Of a DNA stretch of 64,000 nt, positions 14,319 through 29,302 are shown piece after piece. A program made the translations under genes and the position numbers. The stretch covers positions 16,988,001 to 17,052,000 of the forward strand of contig CM022673.1 in assembly GCA_012295275.1 (NCBI GenBank). Direction: 5' to 3'. Each line of letters begins with the position of its first letter. Position 1 is the first letter of the stretch. The notes under the pieces were generated by a model, which worked only from the letters and a program-made list of their open reading frames with translations, had not been told where the DNA came from and made no database searches. Source of the DNA: Chrysomallon squamiferum (lineage: Eukaryota; Animalia; Mollusca).

Positions 14319-15199
14319 TAGAAAGTGAGAGTGTGGGACTGATAATGAAATAGAAAGAAAGACAGGTGTGAAAGAAAAATAAGGGTAAAGATTAATATTA
14401 AAAAAAGGCTCTGTAATAAAAGCAATATGAATTGATACCACTATTGGATTATTAGAAACTAACAACAAATGCTATTACATTGTCTGCTGAATAATATATA
14501 TAATAGTCAGTAATAAATGATACAACATGAAGTAAAAGGTTTAATTAAACAAGTGCTTTAACATCTGCTTTCTTAAATATGGTGGTTTTAAAAAGTATAT
14601 TTATAACATTCTGAGCAAGGCATTTTCTTTTAACACATATTTTCTTGAAATGATAAAATTTTAAAGAGATTTATTTTAAAACCTATTCCTGTCCACCCAC
14701 ACAATGTGAATAATTTTCTTTGGAATGTAAAAGTTACTCACAGATTTTAAGTGGGTAACAAATAAGGTTTCTATTTTTGTTATCTAAGTGTGTATAATAC
14801 AACTGATATCGAACCTGTGGCATAATAAAGTACTCAATGCATTTTTTTTACCCATTCTTTTTATCAGAAAGTGTATATTTCTTCTGGCACTACATATACT
14901 ATACTTTATGTAATGAATGAATTCTTGAAAGCAGTCTGTCACACCCAGAAATAGAAGCAGTTAGTACGACGAGTGTGTTAAAAGACGTGTGTATCACATG
15001 CTTATTTTGGAGTCTTTCAAGAGCAATAAACTGAAAGTATTCCTGCACTTCCTGGCTCTATTATTAGCCGTTAGTATGAGAGAGAAGATGAGCCAGTTTC
15101 ACAAACCTACTTTCTCCATCAGTTCCTGTTAGCATCACACCCGGACAGTCTAAAAATAGACTGTAGAACAGAACCTGGAGGGGGGTGAAATAATAGGAA

Positions 15200-15510
15200 G
15201 CAAGTGGTATTAGTAATTGAAATTACTGTGCAAAAGAAGTAATGCCAGAGGATTTAAATAGATATACATAATTATGGTGTACATCAGTGGAGGTGTAACT
15301 GATTGAGATGTAAATAATACAAAATGCTCAAGATACAAATAATGGAAACTACTGGAGCAGTAAATAAAGAAAAACGATATAATTATAGATAATGTTAATT
15401 AATGGAGATGTGGAAATTACTGGAGATACAAACAATGGAAACTGAGAGAGAGATACAAGTAGTGGAAATTGATAGAGATATAAATTAATAATGGAAACTA
15501 CTGGAATCAA
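15200..15510. repeat. Degenerate tandem repeat
   Basis: Recurring TGGAAA(C/T)TACTGGAGATACAAA core. Confidence 0.55.
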
Positions 15511-16273
15511 AACATAAAGATTAAACAAAAATATAAAAGAAATACAAGAAAAGAGTTAAAATACAATACATATTTTAAATAACTTATCACCAAAGTAAAT
15601 ATAGAAAACATAAAACATAATTTTCTAAAAAGTTATTCAAATTAACATCAGATCAATTCAAACAAGAATTTACTGGTATCTTTTTATTTATCAGTGTGTC
15701 TGTAAATAAACTTTAGTTTCACATTTCTCTAGATTAAATATCACAGTTATTTAACTGTTGGTGGTTAATTAATGACACATGACACAAATCACACATTATC
15801 TATCTTTCTCTGGATTAAATTTCACAATGAATTGTTGTCTCTATTAATTAACATAAAAGAAAATGTTCTTTCCCCTAATCTGACTCTACTCAATGTGATC
15901 TTAATTTTTAATTTCAAACCTTATTTATTTGGTTTTACACTGAACTGTATTTAACATAAATTAATATTTTAAATGTTGAGCACAAGAAAAGAAAAAAAAA
16001 AAAAAAACTTTAGAACATGTTTTTGGTTTCATGTATGTATGTATGTATGAATGTATATGTATGAAAATTTATGTATATGTATAGTTAAATATGTATATAT
16101 GTGTGTATGTGTACACATACGTATGTATAATTATAAAGAGATAGTGAACATTTTTATGAATTAATTTTCTAATTTTTTAAATTCTGTTTTTAGTTGCCTT
16201 TTTTTTATATATATATATATATATATTTTTTTTTTTTAATCAAGGCAGATGTTAATTATCCTGAAACAAGTGA

Positions 16274-17620
16274 GACACTGAGTCTGAACACATTGAGGGT
16301 CTGAACACATCGAGAGTCTGAACTCTCTCAGTCTAAACACACTGAGAGTCTGAACTCACTCAGAATCTGAACACACTGAGAGTCTGAAATCACTGAGAGT
16401 CTGAACTCACTGAGAGTCTTAACACACGGAGCGTCTGAACACACTGAGAGATTGAACTCACTGATAGTATGAAGAACATACTAAGAGTCTCAACTCACTG
16501 ATAGTCTAAACACATCAAGAGTCTGAACTCACTCAGAGTCTAAACTCACTGAGTCTGAACTCACTGAGAGTCTGAACACACTGAGTGTCTGAACACACTG
16601 AGAGTCTGAACTCACTGATAGTATGAACATACTAAGAGTCTCAACACACTGATAGTCTAAACACATCAAGAGTCTGAACATACTGAGAGTCTGATCACAA
16701 CCGAGAGTCTGAACTCACTGACAGTATGAACATACTAAGAGTCTGAACTCACTGACAGATAGTGAATCTGAACAGACTAACAAGCGTCTGAACACACTGA
16801 GAGTCTGAACTCACTGATAGTATGAACATACTAAGAGTCTCAACTCACTGATAGTCTAAACACATCCAGAGTCTGAACTCACTGAGAGTCTGAACTCACT
16901 GACAGTATGAACATACTAAGAGTCTGAACTCACTGAGAGTCTAAACACATCAAGAGTCTGAACATACTGAGAGTCTGATCACAACCGAGAGTCTGAACTC
17001 ACTGACAGTATGAACATACTAAGAGTCTGAACTCATTGACAGTCTGAACACAATGAGTGTCTGAACTCACTGAGAGTCTGAACACACCGAGAGTCTGAAC
17101 TCACTGAGAGTCTGAACACACTGAGAGTCTGAACTCACTGACAATATGAACATACTAAGAGTCTGAACTGACTGACAATCTGAACACACTGAGTCTGAAC
17201 ATGAGAGTCTGAACTCACGGAGAGTCTGAACTCACTCAGAGTCTGAAATCACTGACAGTATGAACATACTATGACTCTGAACACACTGAGAGTCTAAACA
17301 CATCAAGAGTCTGAACTCACTGACAGTATGAACATACTAAGAGTCTGAACTCACTGACAGTCTGAACACACTGAGAGCTGAACTCACTGACAGTATGAAC
17401 ATACTAAGAGTCTGAACTCACTGACAGTCTGAACACACAGAGTCTGAACTCACTGACAGTATGAACATACTAAGAGTCTGAACACACTGACAGTCTGAAC
17501 TCACTCAGTCTGAAATCACTGACAGTATGAACATACTATGACTCTGAACACACTGACAGTCTGAACACACCGAGAGTCTGAACTCACTGACAGTCTGAAT
17601 TCACTGAGAGTCTGAACACA
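16274..17620. repeat. 17-bp minisatellite array, about 80 units, with higher-order structure
   Basis: Consensus CTGAAC(T/A)CACTGA(G/C)AGT; recurring variants ATGAACATACTAAGAGT, CTAAACACATCAAGAGT, CTGATCACAACCGAGAGT. Confidence 0.95.
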
Positions 17621-18194
17621 TTTATGCAGCTGGGCCAATTGGAATTCTAAAGTGGTTGTGAAACCAACATTACACCTGCCACACTTTTTTAGTGCACTGA
17701 GGAAACCAACAAATACTTTCTTATAGAAATGTAAAAAAATAAAAAATTAAAAAAAATCTTAAAAATAAACTTTTGTACCAGTAACATTGACAAACTTGTT
17801 TTTCCTTGTTAATTAAATCTGGCCTTCAAAGAACATTTAAATGTATTTATACATTTTAATTTTAAATTTAAAAAAAAAATAAAAATAAAAATTACAGACA
17901 GTTTGATAATGTCAGTTATAATGAGAGAGAGAAAAAAAATTAAAAATAAAGAATAAAAAAGGCAACACAGAACAGACTGCTGAAATTAAATTGGTTTAAA
18001 ATAGCCATATCAGAACAGCTATTTTAAGAAAAGGGAGATAATTCATTACCTTCTGACACCTAATTTGTCAAAATGAAATCTCTTGAAAACAGACATATTT
18101 ACATGCAATATCAACAGAATCTGTTAAAGGGAGTCATTCAGTAAGATGTCAAAATAATAAAATGACTGAATTATTCATGATGATAATAAAATTT

Positions 18195-18420
18195 CTCAGT
18201 GGTTAGGGCACTCGAGTAAATAATCACTAGTGTTCCTGATAGGCCATTTCCTATTCCAGCCAGAGGCTCAAGATAGATATATCAAAGGCCATGCTATGTG
18301 CTTTCCTGATTAAGACAGGCAGAACCTAAAGAAGCTATATGAAAAATGGTGATAGCAGGTTTTCATTCCATATCATCATTTTATGAAAACCTAGCAACAT
18401 CACCAATAAATAAAATATCT
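18195..18420 (+). mobile_element. Decayed tRNA-derived SINE
   Basis: CTCAGTGGTTAGGGCACTCG head, then GGCCATTTCCTATTCCAGCCAG...TATATCAAAGGCCATGCTATGTGCTTTCCTG core. Confidence 0.55.
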
Positions 18421-18522
18421 AAATTTAATTTACATATGTATATGTGCATATATGTTTGTGTGTGTGTAAACATTGCAAAAACAAACACTTATTAGAATAT
18501 TTAATGTAAATAATAAAATGGT

Positions 18523-18566
<44 letters not shown>

Positions 18567-19369
18567 TAAATTTATATTCATCATATTTCCTTTAAACACT
18601 CAAACCAAATAAAACATTATAGTTAATACACCTCTGGAATATATAATGATATTTAACTGCATCAATAAACATTACCATCTCATAATCACCATAATAGAGT
18701 TCTTCCATTGATTTGATATAATAATCCTTCTCCACTTAAAAAGAAACAACCTGGTTTGTTTACACTGTTATAATAAAAATAATAAATGAAAACCTGTTTG
18801 TTAATCTGAGAGATTTAAAGAAGTCAGGGACATGGTGGATTGGATTACAGCTTGAAATCACTTCATTGTATTCATGCAGTGGGATGCTACTGATCTGCAT
18901 TTAAAGACTGGACTGGACAATGACCTTTTTGCATAAATTACTTTCACTTATAACTGTTGTGTTAAATAATACACAGCAAGTATGGACAAACATAAAGCCA
19001 GCTAATAATGGCCTTGATATGTCTGTCCTTTGAAATACCCCATGAATAGTTTATCAGACGCCATTTTTCTGCAGTCTGTTGAAAGAGAATTTACCCATTT
19101 TGGGGGTCATTTTTGTTTTTCCTGGTAAAAGATTTTATTTTTATTGCTAAAAACAGCTGGATGTAATAAATGTCAAATATGCCAGAATTACTCTATAAGA
19201 TTTCCATCAACAGAGGAGGAGGCAATTGAGTATGATAATTTAAAACTAAGATATGCAATACTGATATCTGTATCTATTAAAATATAAATTATCTTTTACA
19301 TAAATAAACAGACATGCCTTTTATTCTGAAGCACTCATTCCTCACTTTAATGGTCATTCATCTGCAATT

Positions 19370-19535
19370 TAGCCAATTTCTCACAGACTGTTATTAAAAA
19401 TCATGGTGTATGTTTTCCTGCCTAAGCAAATGAAAAAATGTACTGGGTTTCTTGGAAATCTAATTACCAAATGTTAAGCATACAATAACTGATGACAAAT
19501 AAAAAAATAGATGTGCTGTTGTACTGAACTTCAAC
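19370..19535 (+). mobile_element. SINE remnant (core and tail)
   Basis: CATGGTGTATGTTTTCCTG core as in other copies, then AAAATGTACTGGGTTTC..AATTACCAAATGTT tail. Confidence 0.4.
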
Positions 19536-20485
19536 ACTACAAACTGTTTGGTACAGTATGTATTAGTACCAGTGTGAGATAACTAGGATATTGCACAGTC
19601 AGCACCATGCCACATTGGTTATTATTCACCATGTATGGTTCACAATACCAAAGATCTGATAGTTGATCTAGAAGAGGATGCTTTCTTTACTTCTTCATGA
19701 AAGTGCTAATGACCTGGTTACAGACAGGTAAACAAATAAAAATATACCTGTAAACACAACCTGATCCAGTAAATATTTGTGGAGACAAAACTGAATGTTT
19801 GGTTTCATAACATTAATAAAAGTTTGCCAACAGAAGTCAGTATGACTTGACTTCCAGTAAGAAGATTAAACCCCATTGTGTTAAAATCAGCTCAAAGACT
19901 GATTTGTGTTTCATGGTAGTTGTGTGTCTCCAGTAAACAGAAACTGAGAGGATGGAAATGTCTTTGAACAAACAGGAATATGTTTACTGAAACATCTGAT
20001 GAAAGTGTATTAAAAATTCATGAGAAACACAGAACAGTAAACAAATAGTATGTGCCAAAATTTAACATTATCAAACATAATAACATGAAAATTATTGCTT
20101 GTTACAAGGTTCTATTTTGTTAAACAGGTAAGAAGAAAGAAAGAAAGAAACATAAATATTACCTGAAATCGTCATAATAATATCTTAAAGTGTGCATGTG
20201 GTGGACTAATAAATGGTCAAATAAAATCCATTATACTTTCAAGTTATTATTTCTAAGTTACAAATTTTGAGAGAATACATTAAGGACTGACAAACAGATA
20301 TGCTGGTGAGGTATGATGTCTAAGGTAGTCAAACAGATACAGAACTATGTGTCTAAAAATAAATACAAACATACAGACATCAAATTAGATAAACTGATGG
20401 ATAAATGATGGATAAATAATGAATAAATTTTTTTTTATAAATAATAATAAATAAAGAAATAAAGAAATAAATAAATAAAGAAATA

Positions 20486-20517
<32 letters not shown>

Positions 20518-20535
20518 AATTATTCAAGTTCTCAC

Positions 20536-20592
20536 CTGCTCTTGCTTGGATGGGGCAACAGTAGCTGATTTTTTTCCAGTGGACACTTCAGT
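20536..20592 (-). CDS. Unidentified gene: 57-nt symmetric exon
   Basis: ttttcag| TEVSTGKKSATVAPSKQEQ |gtgaga; phase 0-0, same composition as the 27306-27470 exon. Confidence 0.6.
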
Positions 20593-20638
20593 CTGAAAAA
20601 TTAAAAATTAAATTATTCATATATTAATACCACTATTA

Positions 20639-20641
<3 letters not shown>

Positions 20642-20698
<57 letters not shown>

Positions 20699-20787
20699 CA
20701 CTCACATACACACACAAACTATATATATATAAACACACACACACACACACACAAACTATATATATATATACACACACACATACACAC
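20642..20787. repeat. (CA)n/(TA)n compound microsatellite
   Basis: Read directly. Confidence 0.9.
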
Positions 20788-22904
20788 TAAGAAAAACTAC
20801 ATAAATTAATAAACTGTAAAATGAAATCACAAGTAACAGATTTTTTAAAATTATTATTTTATAACAGTGTGAACCAGTGTTACTAAAAGATTATAGTACA
20901 TTTTTATTTTGCCACATCAAACAGTCTCTGTTAACTGTTACAAAATACAGTCTCAGCCCTCTTTCCCACTGTACTCAGTTAACATACAGACATACAGCTG
21001 AATCAATATCAATATGCTTCACATAGGATTGATAAAATATGTAAATGCAAAAAGTACATGGTATATCAAACACTCAGGTTGGCTGTAACTGGGACATGTC
21101 ATTGATACTACACCCATGATATAACCTTAAAGACACAGGATAAGCACAACAGATAAAACAAATATATTTCTAGTTATAAATTCCATTAGGCTCACTGAAC
21201 TTATTTGATATAAATAAACACTTTAGACTGGTAGAAAATAAGTGTAAAATTCCTCCAATAAATAAAACAGACACAACAAAATTAAGACAAATGTTTTTCT
21301 TCACCAGTTTATTTGACCTTGAAAAGTTTAGGAAATTTATGACCTGGTACTCTGAGGTTTAACAAAGTTATTAAAAGATCAATGGATACTGGATAACTCT
21401 ACTGGTAACAAATAACCATTATTCATGTTCTGGAATTCTTTTATTCTCATCATTCTAGAATTACAGTACTAAATGTGGTTCTAGATTATTTAAATGTTTA
21501 ATCTCTGCAATTTCTGACCAGTCTAGACTTACAAGAGGTTGTTTGGACACCTTATCTGATCAGTGCCTGTGAAATACTAGAAGTATATTACAGTGTACTG
21601 TAATAATATCAACTAGTTAAAACATTAATGAGGAATACTAAGGTTTGCCATAAGCTTTGAACTGGCATATTTCAGTCATTCATGTTAAAACAAACTATCT
21701 CTATAAATACTATTTAACAAATTAATATAATGGTAATATTTTTACTTTTTAAATTATTTTAAGAAAATATTGTAGTTTCTTTTGACTATATAGGACATTA
21801 TTTTATGATATTTCATTATTCATAACTTCTCGTGGTCAAAGTATTTTCAAAACAATATCACCATAAATCAAGGAAATGATTAAAAAAGAAAAAGAAAAAA
21901 GTGGGACCCAATTTGTGTAGCTATGGTGTGCTGTTTGTAAAGACTTTTAAACTGCAGTAGAGTTCCTCTTAAGTGCAGCAACTCAAAGCCAGGGAAATGT
22001 TTTTTATTTGTATTCTTAGATTCAAAGTACTCTTTTTATTCCTTTTAATGACTGTTTTTCTTTCATAACTACAAGCAGAAAAAAAAGTAATAAATAAATA
22101 AATATAATAAAAAGAAAATTAAAAATTAAAACAAACAAACAAACGAAAAAACAAAACAAAAACATTATGAACAATTCAGTTGTCAGTGTTAATCTTCACC
22201 TGTTGCTCTGAGCTGGGAAATGTAAGCTCTGGGAAACAATGTGGATTCTGCACATTTAAAGAGTCAGCATTGAGTTTCCCTACTTTGTAAAACGAAGCCT
22301 TTCTTATCTACTCAAACATGTCAGTCACACCAGCTGTTGGAAATATTCACAACTTAACTACATGAGGTGTTCTTTTCTGCTGCTTTCATTCTCTCCTCAC
22401 ATCTCACTCTTCTGTTTGTGTGCTGTTTAGTCCTACCAGCCACACAAGATACCATTTTATTATTTTTATTTTTTTTTTTTTGTTTCACTGTTTGTTGTGT
22501 ATTGGGGTTTTTGTTTTTTTTCCATCCCAGTATTATCTACAACATAACCATATCAAATTCATTCTGGTATATTTTTAAATTGTATATTCACAACAGTAAT
22601 ATCCATATAAATTTATATTTTCTTTTTATATTCTTAATGTTTTAAACAATAGTATATACAATTATTTTTGTTTGAAAACAGAAAAAAAAAAAAAGCAATG
22701 TTATTTTATTACATAACAATGCTATTTCACTTTTATATATAATCTTGATTTAATACTGTTTTATTTTACACATTTCTTTTTTTTCTGTTTTTTATAATCT
22801 TATTATACTACAGTATTTTTATGTCTCATTTTATTTTTAAACATTTTTAGTCATGATAAATTACAGTTTTATTTTTAGGATTAATTTACCCCTTTATTTA
22901 TAAA

Positions 22905-23235
22905 CATAGGCTATTTCCCACTGCAAGCAAACATTCCACAACAGATTTGTCATAAACCATATTTTCCAGACTATGGAGAAGTGTGTGCTAAAGATCAGTT
23001 GCAGTTAACTGAAGAAAAAAAAAGAGTCCATCATGCACTTATCCAGTTAATGAACTGGCTGCAGCACTGGAATATAATGCCTGTCTGAAACATAACATGC
23101 TGCAAGATCAACCCTTCTTGGTGGACTCACTGGACTATTTATAAAATCCTTTAGCTGGTATATCTAAAGACCAGAGCATGTGTCTATGAAGGAGAATGCA
23201 GAAAACATTCTGCTATTAGCAACATAAGTAGACTA
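22905..23235 (+). mobile_element. One or two highly decayed SINE remnants
   Basis: GGCTATTTCCCA.. and GGACTCACTGGACTATTT..GGTATATCTAAAGACC segments similar to the 18195 copy. Confidence 0.35.
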
Positions 23236-24491
23236 TATAACCTCCAGAAGAATATATTCTGACATATCATAATTACAAGCCATCTTCATATTTGATATCT
23301 ATATATAGATATGTTAATGCTACAGTATTCTGATATGGTTTTGAACAATTAATATGCATTCAGTTGTGTATTAATGATTCTAATAAACAGTATTCTTCTA
23401 GAATATTACACATTTAGCAAAAACTTTAGGTATTTATGTATTTTAGCCTTTACTCCACTAACTACAGATTTAAAAAGTGTGAAAATGATGAGATGCAATA
23501 TCTTAATACAACACTCCTGTGTTGAATAATACAACATGTAATTCATTGTCACAGTAAAATACAGCTATGGAATAAAATTCAACATGTGATACTCATTAAC
23601 TAGTAAACTAAATCAAGATATGCTTAATTAAGTGTAAGATGTGAAATTATGTATGTACATGCATGTTAGTCTGTGAATGCTTGTTGAATATATGTATTTA
23701 TTTATGTATGTATGTATGTATGTATTCATGTATGTATATATATATATAAATGTGTGTGTGTGTGTGTGTGTCTTTATTTATCTATGTATGTGTAAGTTAA
23801 TGTATGTTGCACATGTACAAACGTATATTTGTATAAAGGTATGAATGATCATGTATAAGTATAGATAGATGAGTATATATATGCATGTATATGTGTTTGT
23901 ATGTTCATAAGAGAAAGAAATCAAGTAAATTAATTTATTCATTTTTTGACTCAGTCTTTAAGATGTTTTGTGTTTACCAAACTACACCAGAGGACATTTT
24001 ATGAAAACTAATATATACATACCTTTCACAGTACAAAACATGGGTAAACCTTCAGACTGTCGGGTACTAGCCCAAACACAGCACTGGGTTTCAAGATCAC
24101 TGAAACGGATGTTTTATCCTACTAACCTAATAATTCAGTAACCTAAAACCATCAAAGTCATCTTCTAGAACATTTGTACTTGAAACCTTTATATCCAAAA
24201 TCAGTGAAATGTTAAAGGAATCAAGAGAAATATTAAACTGAAAACTGAAAATATTAATCTTGATTATTACATTGAGTGATCCATAAAAAAAACCTATTAA
24301 AATTATTAATTGTACTATATTACATAAAGTCAAATCTGGGATAAAATCAGTGTAACATATCAAAATTTAAGTAACTATTATAAAGCAGGTTACAAACTCT
24401 CATATTTCACAATTTAATATATGTAATAAAACAGAGATTCAACAACATATTATTACACCAATTCAGTTATTAAAAACTTAATTGCCCCTCA

Positions 24492-24492
<1 letters not shown>

Positions 24493-24552
<60 letters not shown>

Positions 24553-24560
24553 CACACACA
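24493..24560. repeat. (CA)n microsatellite
   Basis: Read directly. Confidence 0.95.
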
Positions 24561-27305
24561 TGTGTATATACCTATCTGGTTGATTATGTATTGTATTATT
24601 ACATAGGTCAAAGCTGTCACTGATATGTAACATTACAAAGACGTCATTATAGTTGATATCTTATGCGAGTGGTTTATAAGTATGATACATAATGTCACTG
24701 ATGGTGACTGCTGCTATTTAGAAATGAAACTGGCTATTTTTTATTATTATTATTTTTTTTAGCAACAGCTTTTATATTCTGAGCTTCTACTGTAATTTTT
24801 CAAAGTTTATTAATGTTGAATATAAAGTAGCTAAATATATAATTTATAGATGAAAAAAGCAAGAAAAAAAAAAATGCTGGATATGTGCCAACACACCCAA
24901 CTTGTACTGTCACCAGTCATTTTTAAAATGCTATAAATTAATTTTAAATGGTTAAACAGCTTGTATCAGTTTACAAATTATATTTTGTAACTTTTAATTT
25001 TGTAAACATCAAAAGTGAAAAAAAAAATTAAATTTTTTTTAGAAGAAACAAAATATAAAAATTAAAAGAAATAAAGAAAAAACAAAGAAGAATTAAAGAT
25101 AGAAAGATGAAATAAATAAAGAGAAAATAAAAAATAAAAATGAAGTGAAGGAAAGAAAAAGTAAAGATGCAGTAATAATGAAAAACAAATAGAAAGAAAG
25201 AGAAAAGAAATTTTTAAAAGATTTTATGTATTCATCTAGGGCCAGATAAAACTGGTTAAAAAAATGGAGTGTTGTTGAAGCTGATAACTTTTTTAAAATT
25301 ATTCTTTCAAACTTTGCAACTCACTGAGAGAAGACTTGACACTTATAAAAATTACTGATATAAATAATAATGTTCATGTTTTCATTTTTACTCAAATAAA
25401 AATAAACATTTTTTTTAAAATTTATTAAACAAAACAATTTATTAAACAACATAACATTAACAATGTATTTAGTAATACAATGAAAATCTGAAAGATTTCT
25501 CAGTTTTTTAGCAAGTAATTTCTGTGACCTTTTAATGTTTGTATTTATTGGTTTATTTAAGTGACTATAAAAATATACCACATTATTCTTGAGATGAAAA
25601 TATTACAAAGAAATAAAATGCAAGTTTAAAATAAACTTCATGTTAGTTCTGTGTTCATTTGTACAGCAGCTTCACATGGAATCAAGAGTTGTCAGAAATG
25701 AAGTCTGTCAGGCTGTTAACTTTATCATTTAAACCTTATTTATTTTTAAATCTTTAATAATAAAGAATTTAAAAAGCAAAGGGCTGATGCAAAATAAAAA
25801 AAAAAGGAAAGTGAAAAAAGCCAGAAAAACGGAAAATGTATAAAATAGTTCTGTGTCTGGAATTTGAGAAAGATATTCAGTAAGGCAAATAAATACCAGC
25901 ATTTTTGTTTTTCTCACACATGTATTTGTGGACTGGAGCAAGTTCTTGCCCCCATTTTTTTTTTCTTCATAATTAAATTCATTTCATGTTGAAAATTAAA
26001 CCTCAGCCTAACATAGTGAATGTGTTTTCTCATTCCTAATACATAAATCATATTTAGAATCTATTCATTATTACTGATGAATGATGACTCATATTACAGT
26101 AGTTCTTTAACCTCTAATTTTAGCATTTTCTCTTTTATTTAATCATATTTGACTATAATATACTAATCAGAAAAAATTAAGGACTGAATAAACATTTGTT
26201 TTCAAACTGTGGTTTCAATGTTACTCTGTGATATGCAAATGATTTTCAGCAGAAACTAAGCTGATTTTAACAAACTACATCCCCTTATCCTGAATATGAT
26301 CTAGAATTTATAAAATCTCTGCCATTATCTTAATTCTTCTTCTTCTTCTTCTTCTTATTATTATTATCATTATATATTTATTTTTTTTTTTTTTTTTTTA
26401 GCTATGTTACTCACAAAAAATAAGATCTCATCTCATTATAAAACAATTCTGAACTTCAGGTTAAAACTCCTGAATGATCTGGTTGGTAAAATAAGAAACA
26501 TTTAGCTTAGTTAGTCTGGAATTTGTTTGTGGGGAACTCAAGATTAATACATCTGATTTAGTGTGTGCTTCTGCTGTCTGCTGCCCTAGAATTAGCTCTA
26601 TTACACAACACGAAAAGAGTGGCTGAGATTATATTTATCAGATTTCATTGTAAATATTTCTAAGTCAGCAACATGTTAATCATCTTTTTTTATACGCTTG
26701 GTATTACCATGGATTCAGTTCGGAGTAAATCATAGAAATTTTTTTAAAAAGAATTTTTGAAAAAAGAAAAAGTGAAAGAGAGACTTGATACCTAGCATGT
26801 GTGGACAAATATGTGCATACTTGGCAGTCAAGTATGACAACTTTCATGAGAATAAACTTATATGTTAAGTATTAAAACAGTTTAATTTTTAATTCTATAT
26901 TCATTGTATCTATGGCTTATAAAACCCCTGTTACTCCTATTTATCTAATATTTTATCATTATTATTATTATTATTTCTCTAATATTTATCATTATTATTA
27001 TTATTATTATTATGATTATTATTATTATTATTATTTCCTTAAAACTGAAACTACCACTTATTAATCATATATTTCAAACATAATTGGAAAAGGGTTACAG
27101 CAAGATTTCATGCAAAACAAATTAATTACATAATATCAATAAATTCATAATAACTATATCATTAGAGAAAAACGATATTTTCACTTCTCACAGAAATTGT
27201 CATTTTTAATTATCTTTAATAATACTAGGCCATGAGGTTTTTATTTCTGAGGAATAACTATTACGTTGTGAGAAATCTTACAAGTAAGTAATACGTTTAT
27301 CTTAC

Positions 27306-27470
27306 CGGAGTTTTCTCCCCCTTTGAACTTGAAGCTTCTGATTTTTTTATCTTGGAATCTTTCGATTGATCAGTTTCACTTTTCGATTTGTTTTCGCTCA
27401 CAGTTTGTACTCCATCCTTAGTATCCTCTTCTTCTTTGCAATTATTGTTGGTTACAGGGGCTGCCTTCTT
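27306..27470 (-). CDS. Unidentified gene: K/E/S-rich low-complexity coding exon
   Basis: Open frame KKAAPVTNNNCKEEEDTKDGVQTVSENKSKSETDQSKDSKIKKSEASSSKGEKTP, donor CCG|GTAAGA phase 0; in frame with ATG 27611 only if the CAG acceptor giving exon start 27460 is used. Confidence 0.6.
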
Positions 27471-27607
27471 CTACAAATATAAATAAAATTAAATGCAGAA
27501 CAAATACATATTCGTCCGTAAATAAAACAATCATATGGAAAGTTCAGAAGAAGAAACAAGTTTTGCAAAAATTAGTGAACACATTAACACACGTACAACT
27601 AATTTAC

Positions 27608-27671
27608 CCATTTGCGTAGACACTGTCCGTAAAACCAAAAACGTCACAAATGTATGGCGAATGACTCAGAC
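27608..27671 (-). CDS. Unidentified gene: exon carrying probable start codon (ATG 27611-27609 plus one base)
   Basis: Acceptor ctttag|, ends AAATGG|GTAAAT. Confidence 0.5.
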
Positions 27672-27785
27672 CTAAAGAGCAGAAAAATGTATCGATATAA
27701 ATAAAAATAATTCTTTCAAACCTTAGAATTTGCACCCTGGAACTCAGTATTTCCCGCTTCCCCCATTCCCTGTACTCGCCCTTAC

Positions 27786-27920
27786 CGCTGACACAGAACT
27801 ATCGCGTTTCCCAAAGCCGTTCCTAGTCTGTCAAAACATCCAAGAGCTTGGCGAAATTGTTCAACTTAGCAGACGACACATATGGCACGTGCTAGGGCAG
27901 TGCGAGATTATGTTACACGC
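27786..27920 (-). other. Probable non-coding first exon of an unidentified gene divergent from LMF2; 5' limit uncertain
   Basis: Donor GCG|GTAAGG at 27786/27785 in CpG-rich DNA; 114-nt intron ending tttttctgctctttag at 27672. Confidence 0.5.
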
Positions 27921-29302
27921 ATGTAATACAATGATGGAAAGTAAATACAGCTATGAAGTACGCTGCATTCGGTGCTAAATGAAATGATGTTTCGCACTGT
28001 TGCTGATAACAATAGTACTCGTATTGTTTTACAAACAACTTGTATTACATTAACAGATACTGCTCTAAGAAATAAGCCTGTTAGATTTTTGGGGTTTTTT
28101 GGTGGGGTTATGTTTGTTTTTAAAAACAAGACGGGGTGACTAGCTAATTTAATTTCGGCGGTGAAATAACTTCTGACTGGTGTAATGACACTGAATATAA
28201 ATCCAAATCTTTAAGGAAATAAAACGGTCATTATTGTTATGATGATGATGATGATTAATATTGTAATTAATTTAAATAATCAAGGAAATATGTTTTATTC
28301 CATTGTTTTTGTGAGACAAGCACACACAGACGTACAAATATTTGCACACACGGACGCACGCATGAACACGTATTGTTACAAATACATCGCCGGAAACATT
28401 GTTAATTATTTATAAACATTTCCATGGCATCTGTCTCACTTTGAACTATAAAACTAAAATTTGTCATAATGTTTTGAATTGTGTCATACAGTTCACTAGA
28501 ATACAGGAAATAAACGTCACTCAGTCAACTGTATATTTTTATTGTTAACGAAACCCGTCTCTTCATAATCAGGCTGGAAATGTTAATAATTATTTATATA
28601 TATTTTTTTATTTTCACCTTATGACAAATACCATTAATTTTGATGAAAACTCGTTGCCAGTTATGATCTGATAAGTGATATTAAGAAGTAGTCTAAATAC
28701 ATACTGCATACTTCCAAGATATGTTTTATTGGATTTTGCGGGTCAGTCTTAATTAATAGCAAATATAATGGTATGACACAATAGTTTTAAGGTGTCTAGG
28801 CGCCACAATTTTCCCCGTATAAGTAAAGTCATCGGATAGAAGGCGGACTGATTTCTTCTATTTTTGTCAGAAAAAAACCAACAACAAAGGTATTTAAATC
28901 ACCACATATGCTTTGAAGTATTATTTTTTTGTCAAGCTTGATACATAATAATGATACGTCGCCCAAAACAATAAAACTATAACTTCTAATATAAAGAATT
29001 ATACAGTATTACACTTTTTTCATACCCTCACAGATACATTTTAAATAATACTTTGTTGTTTATTGCCATATCTATTTCAGATCCATTGCATATTAATGTT
29101 TCCTTTAAAAACTTGAAAGTGTCTGCCAATAATTCTGCGAAAGTGTCAAGTTTATTTATTAATTTTTCATTCTGTTAAAATAAATGTCACATCTTTTTTT
29201 CAAGCTGGATGGATACTCTAATTATATGGAGGAATTACACAAAAGGAATCTTGTTCTAGTTTCAAAGAGAATTCCCATTTCCGGAAAACTCGAAAATTGA
29301 AA

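Noticed and set aside
16274-17620. CRISPR-like regular array
   Set aside because: Units abut without unique spacers, no cas genes, eukaryotic intron context; it is a minisatellite.
18195-18260. tRNA gene
   Set aside because: Only an A-box-like stretch; no B box or cloverleaf; continues into SINE core.
22200-24100. Extra - strand exon candidates near 22200-22307 and 24023-24100
   Set aside because: Donor-like sites exist but acceptors are weak or phases do not fit, and there is no homology support.
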